32,000 bases of DNA from Wolbachia endosymbiont strain TRS of Brugia malayi (GCF_000008385.1 NC_006833.1:630001-662000), one strand, 5' to 3'; positions 18,745 to 28,351 are shown, numbered from the stretch's first letter. Made by a program: numbers and translations. Notes: generated by a model from the sequence alone, not told the origin.

Positions 18745-19255
18745 AGCAATTTTTTTTGTTGCGCTGTTTTATCTTTTTCAAAATGCTATATATAGTTGTT
18801 TTTGATATTCCATTCACTTTAGCTATTTCCATAATATTTAAAGTTTTTAGCTACTCACATATAATTTGTCATTTTACAGGTAGTTTAGAAACTGTATCTT
18901 ATATATCAATTTGGGTTATTATTCCAATTTCAGAAAAGTATTTCTTACCAACTATGTTATCCAAAGCAGCGGAATTTATAAATAAAATACAGCTTCACCA
19001 CCACGCTTCACTCATAAACATTTGCTTATTAGATTAATAGCACAACATTCAGTAACTCGGCTTACGAAAGTTGCAAAATAACTCCTATCTTCTTTATACC
19101 TATCGATTGAAGGCCAAATACTATAAAAAATCCCTTGTTCAATATCATTAAGGCTATCATGAGTGAAATAACTGGAGCATTTCAGGCACTTTGCACGATA
19201 TTTCACTTTTTAACAATTATAGGATCTATTTCTAAGTAATAGCTTTGTGATTCCA
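18745..19255 (-). pseudogene. Small serine recombinase (resolvase/invertase family) remnant, heavily degraded
   Basis: Minus-strand fragments in shifting frames are collinear with gamma-delta-type resolvases. They are AKCLKCSSYFTHDS (..ALK....IFTDKxSG), EQGIFYSIWPSIDRYKEDRSYF (..GDxLvVxxLDRLGRD) and ILFINSAALDNIVGKKYFSEIG (ILSAxAxxERxxIxERTxxG). The last is KLPVK.QIICE.LKTLNIMEIAKVNGISKTTIYSILKKIKQ, the C-terminal HTH. Multiple stops and frameshifts are present. Confidence 0.5.
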
Positions 19256-19354
19256 TTATGCCTCTTTGTAAGTATTAAGATTGAGAATAGTTTAACATTA
19301 CTAAGCAGGCATGGCATAGCATAAGATGTAGGAAATACATAGTGATAAATTCAG

Positions 19355-19712
19355 GTATTCTTAGTATAACTTTTAGCTATAAATATTTATAGAAATTTAC
19401 CAAATAGGAGAAAAGGCAAAAGAATCCCTGATTAATACCTATTTAAAAACATTGCTGTTCTATATTGTCTCAAACGCTTTATAAGTGCGTTCCAGCTTAT
19501 ATAGATAAAAACCAGAAATGTTATAAAGACACAAGGCGCACATAGTGAGAAAAATTAAACACAAGATACCAAACTATGTTAATACTTCTATTGTTTAATT
19601 TGCACAGACTGAAGATAACTGAATACCTTCAGTGCTATAATAAGGAAGCTGGTGAAGTTTATCAGGTAGTTTTTTGTATTTTATGTTAGAACTGATAAAC
19701 CATAAATAAGCT
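19355..19712 (-). repeat. Dispersed intergenic repeat Rep-A, copy 2 (inverted relative to copies 1 and 3)
   Basis: The reverse complement aligns block by block with 6906-7250, for example ...caccagcttccttattatag..., ...tcttgtgtttaatttttctcactatgtgcgccttgtgtctttataa... and ...ttttgccttttctcctatttggtaaatttctataaatattt. Confidence 0.8.
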
Positions 19713-19783
19713 TTTGTTTTTATGAAATTATATCCTCATAAGTAAATTAATGTTATCCTTTTATTGCTAATCTAAAGTTTTTT

Positions 19784-22700
19784 ATGTTCATACACTTGCG
19801 TGTTCACAGTGTTTATTCTTTACTTGAAAGTTCGGTCAAAATTGAGGAGCTGATAGGCCTTTGCTTGCGGAACAAAATGCCGGCAGTTGCAATTACTGAC
19901 TCAGGTAACTTATTTGGCTCACTTGAATTTTCAGAATACGCGGCAAGTAGGGGAATACAGCTAATAACAGGATGCAATATTATAGTCAGATATTCAGAGC
20001 AAAATTTACCTATATTATTGCTTACAAAAAATGAGCAAGGATACACTAATCTAGTCACTTTGGTAAGTGAGTCTTTCAGAAAGCGCAAAAATAACAGCGA
20101 TATTCCTTATGTTGATTTTGATGAGCTATTAAATTTAAGCACAGGTTTGATCACTTTAACCGGTGGATGTGATGGAATATTGGCTCAACTGTTATTTAGG
20201 CAAGATAAAGGAATAGTTGAAAAACTGCTTTTAGCATTCAATGGTCATTTGTATGTTGAACTGCAGCGTCATGGATTGAACAAGGAATTAGAACTTGAAG
20301 AAACCTTGATAGACTTTGCTTACCAGCATAATATACCACTTGTTGCAACAAACGATGTATTTTTTCCAAATAGATCTGACTATGAAGCTTATGATATATT
20401 AACGTGTATATCGGAGGGGAGTTATACTCTGGAGAATAACAGAAAGAAGCTAACTACTGAGCACTATTTTAAATCTGTGGCAGAAATGGAAAAGCTGTTT
20501 AGCGACATTCCCGAAGCAATTCATAACACTTTAGTAATAGCTAAGCGTTGCTCTTACATGCCAAGAAGCAGGCAGCCTATTTTGCCTAAATTTCCTTGTC
20601 GAGAAAATAAAACTGAGAATGAAGAATTAAAGGAGCAAGCAACTGCGGGATTAGAACTTCGTATTGCAAATAAAATAGACATAGACCTTAAGCAATACTA
20701 CGATCGGCTGAACTATGAACTAAGTGTAATAACTTCGATGAATTACGCTGGCTACTTTTTGATAGTTTCTGACTTTATTCGCTGGAGCAAAGCAAATGGT
20801 ATTCCAGTTGGCCCAGGAAGGGGTTCTGGTGCTGGATCAATTGTTGCTTGGGCATTGCAGATTACAGACCTCGATCCAATAAAATTTGGCTTGATCTTTG
20901 AAAGATTTTTAAACCCTGATCGTATATCGATGCCTGATTTTGATATCGATTTCTGCCAGGAAAAAAGGGACTTAGTTATTGATTATGTTCAAAAGAAATA
21001 CGGTTATGTTGCTCAAATAATTACTTTTGGTAAGTTACAGGCAAGAGCCGTGCTGCGTGATGTGGGAAGGGTGCTACAAATGTCTTATACTCAGGTGGAT
21101 AAGATATCTAAAATGGTTCCATTCAACCCAGTGAATCCTGTAACTTTATCACAAGCAATAGAGTTTGATCAAAACTTACAGAAAGAACGAGATAGTGATG
21201 AAGTAATTGCAAAACTCCTTGATATTTCTCTTAAGCTTGAAGGAATATATCGCCACGTTTCAACTCATGCTGCTGGAATTGTGATATGCGATCAAAAATT
21301 AGAAAATTTTGTTCCTGTGTACTACGATCCAAACTCGGCTCTGCCAATTACCCAATACAGCATGAAGTATGTTGAGAAAGCTGGGCTGATAAAATTTGAT
21401 TTTCTTGGACTTGGTACACTAACGCTAATAGATCATGTCTGTCGTTTAATTAATCAAAATGGGAAAAAGATTGATATTGCCTCAGTTTCCTTGAATGACC
21501 GCAAAACTTACGAAATGCTCTCAAACGGTGATTCAATTGGAGTATTCCAACTTGAAAGTTCGGGGATGAGGGAAGCTTTAATCAAGTTAAAACCAGATTG
21601 CATTGAAGATATCATTGCGTTAATCTCTCTTTATCGTCCAGGACCTATGGATAACATTCCAACTTACATCGCAAGAAAGCATGGACTTGAAAAACCAGAT
21701 TATATTCATCCATTACTTGAAAGGGTATTAAAAGAAACATTTGGAGTGATAATCTACCAAGAACAGGTGATGGAAATAGCACGTATTCTTTCTGGATATA
21801 GTCTCGCAGAAGCAGATTTGCTAAGACGTGCTATGGGTAAGAAAATCAAAGCAGAGATGGATAAACAACGTAAACTTTTTGTTCAAGGAGCAACAAAAAA
21901 TGGCGTTGATTATGATAGGGCAAGCTACATTTTTGACCTTGTTGCAAAATTTGCTGGCTATGGGTTTAATAAGTCCCACGCAGCCGCATACGCGGTTATA
22001 TCTTATCAAACAGCTTACCTTAAGGCTAACTATCCGTTAGAATTTTTCACGGCCTTAATGAATCTGAATATCGATGATAGAGATAAATTGAATTTGTTCT
22101 ATCATGCTGCAAAATTCAGTGGGGTTTCTGTTCTTTTGCCTGATATAAGCAAATCTAAGGCTGAATTCTCAATAGAGGGCAAGCATATACGTTATGGTAT
22201 TGCTGCTCTGCGCAATGTCGGTTTTTCTATAGCAGAGGGAATAGTGAACACACGTTCAAGCACTTATAAGGATATATGGGAATTCATTCAAAATTCAGGT
22301 CATATAACAAATAAAAGGGCACTAGAAAGCCTGATTAAGTCTGGAGCATGTGACAGTGTACATAAGAATAGAAAGCAACTATACGAGTCAATAGACACAC
22401 TGGTTTACTTTGCAAATAAAAACAGACAGGATAGAGAATCAAATCAAGCTGTTTTGTTTGGTAATTTTAATGTTCTAAAGCCAAAACTTGAGAAGGTAAA
22501 AGATTTCAATGAAGAAGAAAAATTAGAGCATGAGTTATTTTCGCTAGGGTTTTACTTAACTAGCCATCCACTTGAAAAATTTAGAACTCTTCTCGAAAAG
22601 CTAAATATTGGGTTTATTGGAGAGAATAAGATAGCAAAAACTGCTGGTGTAATATTAAATGTGCGTATGAGAACTTCAGAACGTGGAAGGTTTGTTATAC

Positions 22701-23122
22701 TTACGCTTTCTGATCCTCATAACGTTTCTGAAATAGCATTCTACAATAATGAAATAATAGAGAAGAAAAGAAATTTATTTTCGCCTGGAACATTTGTAGT
22801 AGTTGATCTTGAAACTTCGGAGAATACGACAAGATTAGTGGGAAGGGATATATCTGAATTTACAGAAAGGATTACTTCTGTAATGAAAAGTTTAGTTTTA
22901 ACTACCGGATGTGCTGATTCACAAAAAGCCGCTATAGAATTAAACTCAGTATTGAAAGGCGATGGTAAAACTAAAATAATGCTCAAACTTCTCTTTGAAA
23001 AGCATACAGTGAACATCTTGCTACCAGGTGCATATTTGATCACCCCTCAAGTTGTTTATGAAATATCTAACTTAAGCTGGATTAAAGGCATAGAAATTGA
23101 TACAAATAGCTTGCTTATATAA
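19784..23122 (+). CDS. dnaE: DNA polymerase III alpha subunit
   Basis: 1112 aa. FIHLRVHSVYSLLES is the PHP domain start. GPGRGSGAGSIVAWALQITDLDP, PDFDIDF and FNKSHAAAYA are the Pol IIIalpha core motifs. Confidence 0.97.
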   Translation: MFIHLRVHSVYSLLESSVKIEELIGLCLRNKMPAVAITDSGNLFGSLEFSEYAASRGIQLITGCNIIVRYSEQNLPILLLTKNEQGYTNLVTLVSESFRKRKNNSDIPYVDFDELLNLSTGLITLTGGCDGILAQLLFRQDKGIVEKLLLAFNGHLYVELQRHGLNKELELEETLIDFAYQHNIPLVATNDVFFPNRSDYEAYDILTCISEGSYTLENNRKKLTTEHYFKSVAEMEKLFSDIPEAIHNTLVIAKRCSYMPRSRQPILPKFPCRENKTENEELKEQATAGLELRIANKIDIDLKQYYDRLNYELSVITSMNYAGYFLIVSDFIRWSKANGIPVGPGRGSGAGSIVAWALQITDLDPIKFGLIFERFLNPDRISMPDFDIDFCQEKRDLVIDYVQKKYGYVAQIITFGKLQARAVLRDVGRVLQMSYTQVDKISKMVPFNPVNPVTLSQAIEFDQNLQKERDSDEVIAKLLDISLKLEGIYRHVSTHAAGIVICDQKLENFVPVYYDPNSALPITQYSMKYVEKAGLIKFDFLGLGTLTLIDHVCRLINQNGKKIDIASVSLNDRKTYEMLSNGDSIGVFQLESSGMREALIKLKPDCIEDIIALISLYRPGPMDNIPTYIARKHGLEKPDYIHPLLERVLKETFGVIIYQEQVMEIARILSGYSLAEADLLRRAMGKKIKAEMDKQRKLFVQGATKNGVDYDRASYIFDLVAKFAGYGFNKSHAAAYAVISYQTAYLKANYPLEFFTALMNLNIDDRDKLNLFYHAAKFSGVSVLLPDISKSKAEFSIEGKHIRYGIAALRNVGFSIAEGIVNTRSSTYKDIWEFIQNSGHITNKRALESLIKSGACDSVHKNRKQLYESIDTLVYFANKNRQDRESNQAVLFGNFNVLKPKLEKVKDFNEEEKLEHELFSLGFYLTSHPLEKFRTLLEKLNIGFIGENKIAKTAGVILNVRMRTSERGRFVILTLSDPHNVSEIAFYNNEIIEKKRNLFSPGTFVVVDLETSENTTRLVGRDISEFTERITSVMKSLVLTTGCADSQKAAIELNSVLKGDGKTKIMLKLLFEKHTVNILLPGAYLITPQVVYEISNLSWIKGIEIDTNSLLI

Positions 23123-23170
23123 AAAAGTTTTATATAATGAAATACTTAATCAATATTAAAGGAAAATATA

Positions 23171-23953
23171 GTGAACCTTTACGAATTTACTTTTATAGCG
23201 CAACAGGGGTTATTGCAGCAAGAAGTAGAAGGAATGGCTCAAGAGCTAGGTGTTTCATTAAAAAATATTAAGGCAGATATTATGTTCCAGCAAATTAAGG
23301 GTATTCTGGAAAAAGGAAGTGACAAGTTTACAAAACGAGATTCAGAAATGCATGCTAAAGACATTCAAGAAAATCTAATTGCTTACTCTAGTTTCCTGGA
23401 AAGTTTTGCGAAAATTTTATGGATTGAATTAGAGGAAGATCTCTCAAATTTGAAAGAAGTGAAATTGAAAATTAGCAAAGAGTTGAAAGACGACCTAAAA
23501 GGTTTAGGAATAGCACAAGGTTTTATAAAGCTTCCAGAGGGTGGTAAGCAAATTGCTAAGAATGCATTTATTCACAATGCAGTAAGTGCTTTAAAGGAAG
23601 ATATTTCAAAGCACCTAATAAAGATCTTTCAAGGAATTTTACAAAATTTTGGAATGGCAGAGCCAAACCAATCAAACAAAACATTGGAAATGCTTCTAGA
23701 CAATATTGAAGCTTCAGGATTGATAAAATACGAATATTGGGGTTTACTGGATTTTGCGTATCCAATAAACAAGATGAAGAGTGGTCATTATTGTATAATG
23801 TGCATAAGTTCTACTTCAAACATTATGGATGAATTTGTGCGTAGAATAAAACTCAACGAGAACATTATCCGCCACTTGTCTGTGCATGTTGATAAATTTT
23901 TTGAAGGTAAATCTCATATGATGAATAAACAAGTTGAGGAACAAAGCGCATAA
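23171..23953 (+). CDS. rpsF: 30S ribosomal protein S6 with a large internal insertion (260 aa)
   Basis: It has a GTG start 8 nt after the aaaggaaaa RBS. The N-terminus [22 protein letters not shown] and the core [28 protein letters not shown]...IIRHLSV match S6. About 143 unrelated residues lie between them. The gene occupies the canonical rpsF-rpsR-rplI position, with a TAATG overlap onto rpsR. Confidence 0.85.
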   Translation: MNLYEFTFIAQQGLLQQEVEGMAQELGVSLKNIKADIMFQQIKGILEKGSDKFTKRDSEMHAKDIQENLIAYSSFLESFAKILWIELEEDLSNLKEVKLKISKELKDDLKGLGIAQGFIKLPEGGKQIAKNAFIHNAVSALKEDISKHLIKIFQGILQNFGMAEPNQSNKTLEMLLDNIEASGLIKYEYWGLLDFAYPINKMKSGHYCIMCISSTSNIMDEFVRRIKLNENIIRHLSVHVDKFFEGKSHMMNKQVEEQSA

Positions 23954-24228
23954 TGACAAAGAAACGAAATAATTTTAATGATTCTTACGTATCTGTAAAT
24001 AATAGAACAGGGTTTAAGCGTTCTAAAGTTTGCCCTCTTGCTACTTCTCAAGATGAAGACATAGATTATAAGAATACGGATTTATTATCCAGGTTTACCT
24101 CTGACTATGGTAGAATATTACCTAGAAGATTAACAGGGGTGTGTGCAAAAAAACAAAGAAAATTGCGCTTAGCAATTATAAGAGCACGTTTTTTAGCTCT
24201 TGTTCCTTACTGTACTAAAAAAGTTTAG
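23953..24228 (+). CDS. rpsR: 30S ribosomal protein S18
   Basis: The sequence ...[10 protein letters not shown]...[50 protein letters not shown] is a clear S18. Confidence 0.95.
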   Translation: MTKKRNNFNDSYVSVNNRTGFKRSKVCPLATSQDEDIDYKNTDLLSRFTSDYGRILPRRLTGVCAKKQRKLRLAIIRARFLALVPYCTKKV

Positions 24229-24235
24229 GTAGTTT

Positions 24236-24796
24236 ATGTTGGTAATTTTAAAAGAAAATATCAGAACACTCGGCAAATTAGGTGAAATTGTGAAAGTAAA
24301 GCCTGGCTACGCACGTAATTTTCTTTTTCCACAAAGGAAAGCAGTGAAAGCAACCAAGGAAAGCATAGCAAAACTGGAGGAGCAGCGTTCCTTTCTAGAA
24401 GAGGAAAATATAAGAAAATTGAATTTGGCAAGTGAGCTAGCAGCTTCTTTTGCTGGTAAGTTTGTAATATTGGTAAAGCAAGCTTCTGAGGATGGTAAAA
24501 TTTTTGGTTCTGTAACAACAAGAGAAGTTGCAAGATCTTTGTCGCAAGAGTATGAAGTTGATCACCGTAAAATATCTTTTAATGGAGTAAAGATAAGAAA
24601 TTTAGGTGAGTACCAGGCAAGTATAGAGTTTCATAGTGAAATAGTAGTACAAGTTGCTGTGCATGTTGTGAGGTCAGAAACAGATGCACATGAGTTGAGG
24701 CAGGTAAAATCGCAAAGCCAAAAGTCACAACAACAAGAGGCAAAACAGAATGAAGTTGGAGAAGCTACTGATAGTGATAAAGCTGATCAAAAGTGA
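24236..24796 (+). CDS. rplI: 50S ribosomal protein L9 (with an acidic, Gln-rich C-terminal tail)
   Basis: The N-terminus MLVILKENIRTLGKLGEIVKVKPGYARNFLFPQRKAV is the L9 N-domain signature. Confidence 0.95.
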   Translation: MLVILKENIRTLGKLGEIVKVKPGYARNFLFPQRKAVKATKESIAKLEEQRSFLEEENIRKLNLASELAASFAGKFVILVKQASEDGKIFGSVTTREVARSLSQEYEVDHRKISFNGVKIRNLGEYQASIEFHSEIVVQVAVHVVRSETDAHELRQVKSQSQKSQQQEAKQNEVGEATDSDKADQK

Positions 24797-24842
24797 TATC
24801 TTATTATAATCGCAAGGAGATATTTTTCATAACTAAGTTGGT

Positions 24843-24867
24843 GTCATTCCAGTACGTGGCACTGGGG
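24843..24867. repeat. Single unit of the short palindromic repeat family
   Basis: gtcattccagtacgtggcactgggg has a stem attccagt/actgggg-like. It belongs to the same family as 10748-10815, 12234-12293 and 28195-28351. Confidence 0.6.
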
Positions 24868-24902
24868 TTTAGTATACTCAGAAACAAAAAGGAGGTCATT
24901 CT

Positions 24903-26195
24903 ATGATACCTCGTTATAGCCGTAAAGAAATATCCGCTATTTGGGAGGAAAACAATAAGTTCAACATATGGCTCAAAATAGAAAGGTTAGCATGTGAGGC
25001 TCAAGCAAAGTTAGGAGTAATTCCAAGTAATGTTGCTAAAAGGCTCTCTGGTGCTATTACATTTGATGTTGAACGTATCAACGAGATTGAATCCACTGTA
25101 AAACATGATGTTATAGCTTTTTTAACATATATCGCTGAAAAAGTGGGAGTTGATGTACGTTACCTTCACTACGGAATGACAAGTTCTGATGTGTTAGATA
25201 CATGCTTTGCTGTGCAGCTAAAAGAGTCATGTAATATTCTACTTGAGAATCTAAAAAATTTACTTGCAGCATTGAAAAAAAAAGCTGAGGACTATAAAGG
25301 TACTATATGTGTTGGGCGCAGTCACGGAATGCATGCAGAGCCAACAACTCTTGGGTTGAAATTTACCAGGTTTTATGCGGAATTTAAACGCAGTTATCAA
25401 AGATTAATTAATGCACAAAAAGAAATTTCAATTTGCAAAATATCAGGCGCGGTAGGTAATTTTGCAAATGTCGATCCGTTTGTTGAGGAATATGTAGCAA
25501 AAGGGATGGAACTTGTACCTGAAACCATATCATCTCAAGTAATTCCTCGTGATAGACACGCCATGTTTTTTTCAGTTTTAGGAGTAATTGCAAGTTCAAT
25601 GGAAAATGTTGCTGTTGAAATTCGTCACTTACAAAGAACTGAGATTGCGGAAATTGCCGAATATTTTTCTACTGGACAGAAAGGAAGCTCTGCCATGCCA
25701 CACAAGTGCAATCCTATTTTAAGTGAGAATTTAACTGGGCTCTCACGTTTAATACGCAGTTACGTATCTCCTGCACTAGAAAATGTTGTGTTGTGGCATG
25801 AACGGGACATATCACACTCATCTGTAGAAAGATGTATTGCTCCTGATGCTTGTATATTAATGGATTTTGCTTTAGTGCGATTAACGGATTTGATAGATAA
25901 ATTAGCAATTAATAAAGAAAACATTGAAAAGAACTTAAATTCTTCAAAAGGTTTAATTTTCTCACAGCGTATATTACTTGAATTAGTAAATAGTGGTTTA
26001 ACAAGGGAAGAGGCGTATAAAATTATTCAGGGCAATGCAATGAAAGTGAAACAAAACAACAGTGATTTTCTGTTTGAGTTGAAACAAGACAGGTCCTTAC
26101 TTGAAGTCATTAACTCTGAAAAACTTGAATCTTTATTTGATTTGAAATATTATACGAAATATGTAGACCATATATACAAAAAGGTCTTTGATTAG
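24903..26195 (+). CDS. purB: Adenylosuccinate lyase
   Basis: 430 aa. MIPRYSRKEISAIW..., HYGMTSSDVLDT and the SSAMPHKCNP signature loop of the fumarate-lyase superfamily are arranged as in PurB. Confidence 0.93.
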   Translation: MIPRYSRKEISAIWEENNKFNIWLKIERLACEAQAKLGVIPSNVAKRLSGAITFDVERINEIESTVKHDVIAFLTYIAEKVGVDVRYLHYGMTSSDVLDTCFAVQLKESCNILLENLKNLLAALKKKAEDYKGTICVGRSHGMHAEPTTLGLKFTRFYAEFKRSYQRLINAQKEISICKISGAVGNFANVDPFVEEYVAKGMELVPETISSQVIPRDRHAMFFSVLGVIASSMENVAVEIRHLQRTEIAEIAEYFSTGQKGSSAMPHKCNPILSENLTGLSRLIRSYVSPALENVVLWHERDISHSSVERCIAPDACILMDFALVRLTDLIDKLAINKENIEKNLNSSKGLIFSQRILLELVNSGLTREEAYKIIQGNAMKVKQNNSDFLFELKQDRSLLEVINSEKLESLFDLKYYTKYVDHIYKKVFD

Positions 26196-26267
26196 GCTGA
26201 GTAGCTCAGTCGGTAGAGCAGGAGGATCATAATCTCTTGGTCGTGGGTTCGATTCCCTCCTCAGCCA
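26195..26267 (+). tRNA. tRNA with anticodon CAT (elongator Met or lysidine-modified Ile2; the body resembles Ile2)
   Basis: My hand-folded cloverleaf is as follows. The acceptor is ggctgag/ctcagcc and the D arm is gctc-agtcggta-gagc. The anticodon arm is ggagg-atCATaa-tctct with two G-U pairs. The variable loop is tggtc and the T arm is gtggg-ttcgatt-ccctc with one U-U mismatch. The discriminator is A and no CCA is encoded. G1-C72 excludes an initiator. The segment agagcagg.g..tcataatc.cttggtcg resembles E. coli ileX as I recall it. Confidence 0.85.
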
Positions 26268-26559
26268 CTAATTATATTAATTCCAATATACTACAAGATC
26301 AGCAACAATAGCTTGCTTCGATCACCTATACAGGTAATCTTTTGCATTTTAATTATCTGCCCAAATTCTCCTATCCTCTTTTTGTAATCTGTTAACTTTC
26401 TACTATCCTTCTCAAAAAGGTACGTACTTTTGCAACTTTGAAAAATAGAGAGTTAATGATTAAATCTTTCATTATACTAGTTTGCATCACATTTCATTAA
26501 ATTAGAGAAACTATAAACATGTTTCCGCCTTAATCAGTGGGGAAAAGTACTCAGTTCAA

Positions 26560-27270
26560 TAAAATGCTCAAAGAGATTTTAAGAGTAACATTAATTGAAA
26601 AAATAAAAGAGCAGTAAAAAAAAGAAATCTTAGACATATATCAAGAGTGACAAGGTGATAGATTATCCATTTAACGTAACACTCACTACACCAGATCGAA
26701 TTTACATTACTATACATAGCTGCCTGTATTGGTCAACCAGAGATAGTTAAATGTCTTTAAGAGATAAGGGTTGATGCTAATGTAACAAGTAGTTAATTTG
26801 ACTACACTCCTTTACACTTAGCTGTTGAAGGTCATATTTAGACATAATCAAATATCTTCTTATAGATGAAAAAGAGGTTGACGTTAATGCAAAGAGTAAT
26901 GAGAGCAATGCTCCTTTGCACTTTGCTACTCAAACTGGTCGGTTGGACATAGTTAAATATCTTATAGATAAAGAGATTTATGCTAATATAAGAATAACAG
27001 CAGTGATACTTCTTTAGATGTTGCTGATAAAAATAGTTACTCAGATATAGTTGAGTATTTTAATAAAAAGAAGGTTACTGCTAATGAAAAGGACAAGATT
27101 GGTAAAAGTGAGGCAGAAATTATAACAGAAAAAGGAATAAGGTTTACACGGACCTTACAGATGATAGCGGTATAGTATTAATTTTCTATACCAGCCAGGG
27201 CGCATTAGAGGTGAGATTGTATACTGGCAAGCAAGATAAAGACCTAATAAAGGTAGAAGTAAAAGATCAA
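26560..27270 (+). pseudogene. Ankyrin-repeat protein gene, degraded (at least 3 ANK repeats readable across stops and frameshifts)
   Basis: Fragments in three frames give LLYIAACIGQPEIVKCL*EIRVDANVTSS*FDYTPLHLAVEGHI* and IIKYLLIDEKEVDVNAKSNESNAPLHFATQTGRLDIVKYLIDKEIYAN. A third gives NNSSDTSLDVADKNSYSDIVEYFNKK. The boundaries are approximate. Confidence 0.7.
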
Positions 27271-27734
27271 AAGAAGTAGGAATGATTAAAAGATTGCAAC
27301 AAAAAAATAGGAAAGAATTGCTCACTAGGAGGGCTACCAGTTAATAAAGCCATATAACGAGTTTTTTTGCTAAATCTGGAAAACCAATACATTTTGAGAC
27401 AATAAGTCAATCTAAAGAACAGAAAAAAAAGATGGGTGGTGGTGAAGGATAAGTAGAGCCTCAAGCCTTGAAGAAATAGGCCGTTTTGCATAGTAAAGAT
27501 GGGAATTTTCACAAAGCCCTGTGGTGGTATATATTAGCTTAACAATTAGATATTAACATAAATAATGAATAAAATTTATCACGCATTTCTTGATCATCAG
27601 TTTTTTTTATGCTCTCTGAAGCAAAAAGAGCTTTATGAATAATAGTAAACAGCTTAGCTGGATACATAAAATCTGCAAGTCTTTACAATTAGCGATGACA
27701 TAGAAAATGCAAAGCCCATTTTACAGGCCTTAAG

Positions 27735-28190
27735 AACCCTTATATGGGGATGTTTTAGACCTAAAATTTATCCTTAATCTTTATTTAAGTGACAAAAGCA
27801 CATTATTAAACTAGGTGTGTTATGTTTAATTTTTCTTATATAGACACTCCATGTCTTTATAAATTTTTATCTACGTTAGCTGAATCTCGCTTATTAAGTA
27901 ATGTAATAAGCGCCAAGTTTTTGAGAGAACAGTAAACAACTCACATTGCATTGTTCTTTTTGTCTTTATTTAAGAATTAGTTCAAAAATCAACTAATCTT
28001 CTTTTTTTATAAAGAAATTATTTGAAAAACTTCTGCATTACCCTTATCGTGACGTTATGGATATTTATAATTCCAAGGTTGACTACTTACCAAGCATATA
28101 AGACATTAATGTCAAGTTCCTACAAGAGATATCACTAGGGTTTCTTTTGCTTTTTTTCCTGCTTGGTGAGTTCCTTAATATTTGTGGCTG
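27735..28190 (+). repeat. Dispersed intergenic repeat Rep-A, copy 3 (longer, with internal insertion or divergence)
   Basis: It shares blocks with copy 1. Examples are aagtgacaaaagc...gtgttatgtttaatttttcttatatagacactccatgtctttataaa and the right end agggtttcttttgctttttttcctgcttggtgagttccttaatattt. Confidence 0.65.
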
Positions 28191-28194
28191 CCAA

Positions 28195-28351
28195 CATCCC
28201 AGCGCGTGATACTAGCTTCTCATACTGGAAAACCATAGAATGATAGAAAATAGTAAATAAATTTACTAAGATTCTAGTGTCACGCACTGGAATGACATCG
28301 TTTACCATTAAACATCGATGTTACAATATCCACATACTTGACACTGGAATC
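28195..28351. repeat. Cluster of degenerate short palindromic repeat units upstream of fumC
   Basis: The units are catcccagcgcgtgatactag (28195-), gtgtcacgcactggaatgac (28277-28296) and atccacatacttgacactggaatc (28328-28351). Confidence 0.65.

Noticed and set aside
18581-19037. Plus-strand ORFs 18581-18805 and 18756-19037 in the rpmG-dnaE spacer
   Set aside because: They have hydrophobic low-complexity products and lie antisense to the better-supported recombinase remnant. There is no RBS, so they are likely chance ORFs in decayed DNA.
19640-19665. aaggaagctgg motif reminiscent of the SRP (4.5S) RNA domain IV GGAA loop region
   Set aside because: The flanks do not form the conserved helix 8 hairpin with symmetric and asymmetric loops. 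The motif is part of Rep-A and also occurs in copy 1.
19813-23043. ORFs 19813-20088(-), 21821-22009(-), 21828-22040(+) and 22741-23043(-) inside dnaE
   Set aside because: These are shadow ORFs within or antisense to an intact 1112-aa Pol III alpha gene, and they have no recognisable motifs.
24795-24827. Possible terminator hairpin after rplI (atatct…agatat followed by T5)
   Set aside because: It is a six-bp all-A/T stem with a 16-nt loop. That is too weak to call in a genome where such matches are frequent.
23568-25908. Minus-strand ORFs inside rpsF, rplI and purB (23568-23765, 24261-24533, 25408-25599, 25714-25908)
   Set aside because: They are antisense to confidently identified genes and have no supporting signals.
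27267-27512. 81-aa minus-strand ORF downstream of the ankyrin relic
   Set aside because: It has a Phe/Leu-rich low-complexity product in a decayed region, with no start context or homology impression.
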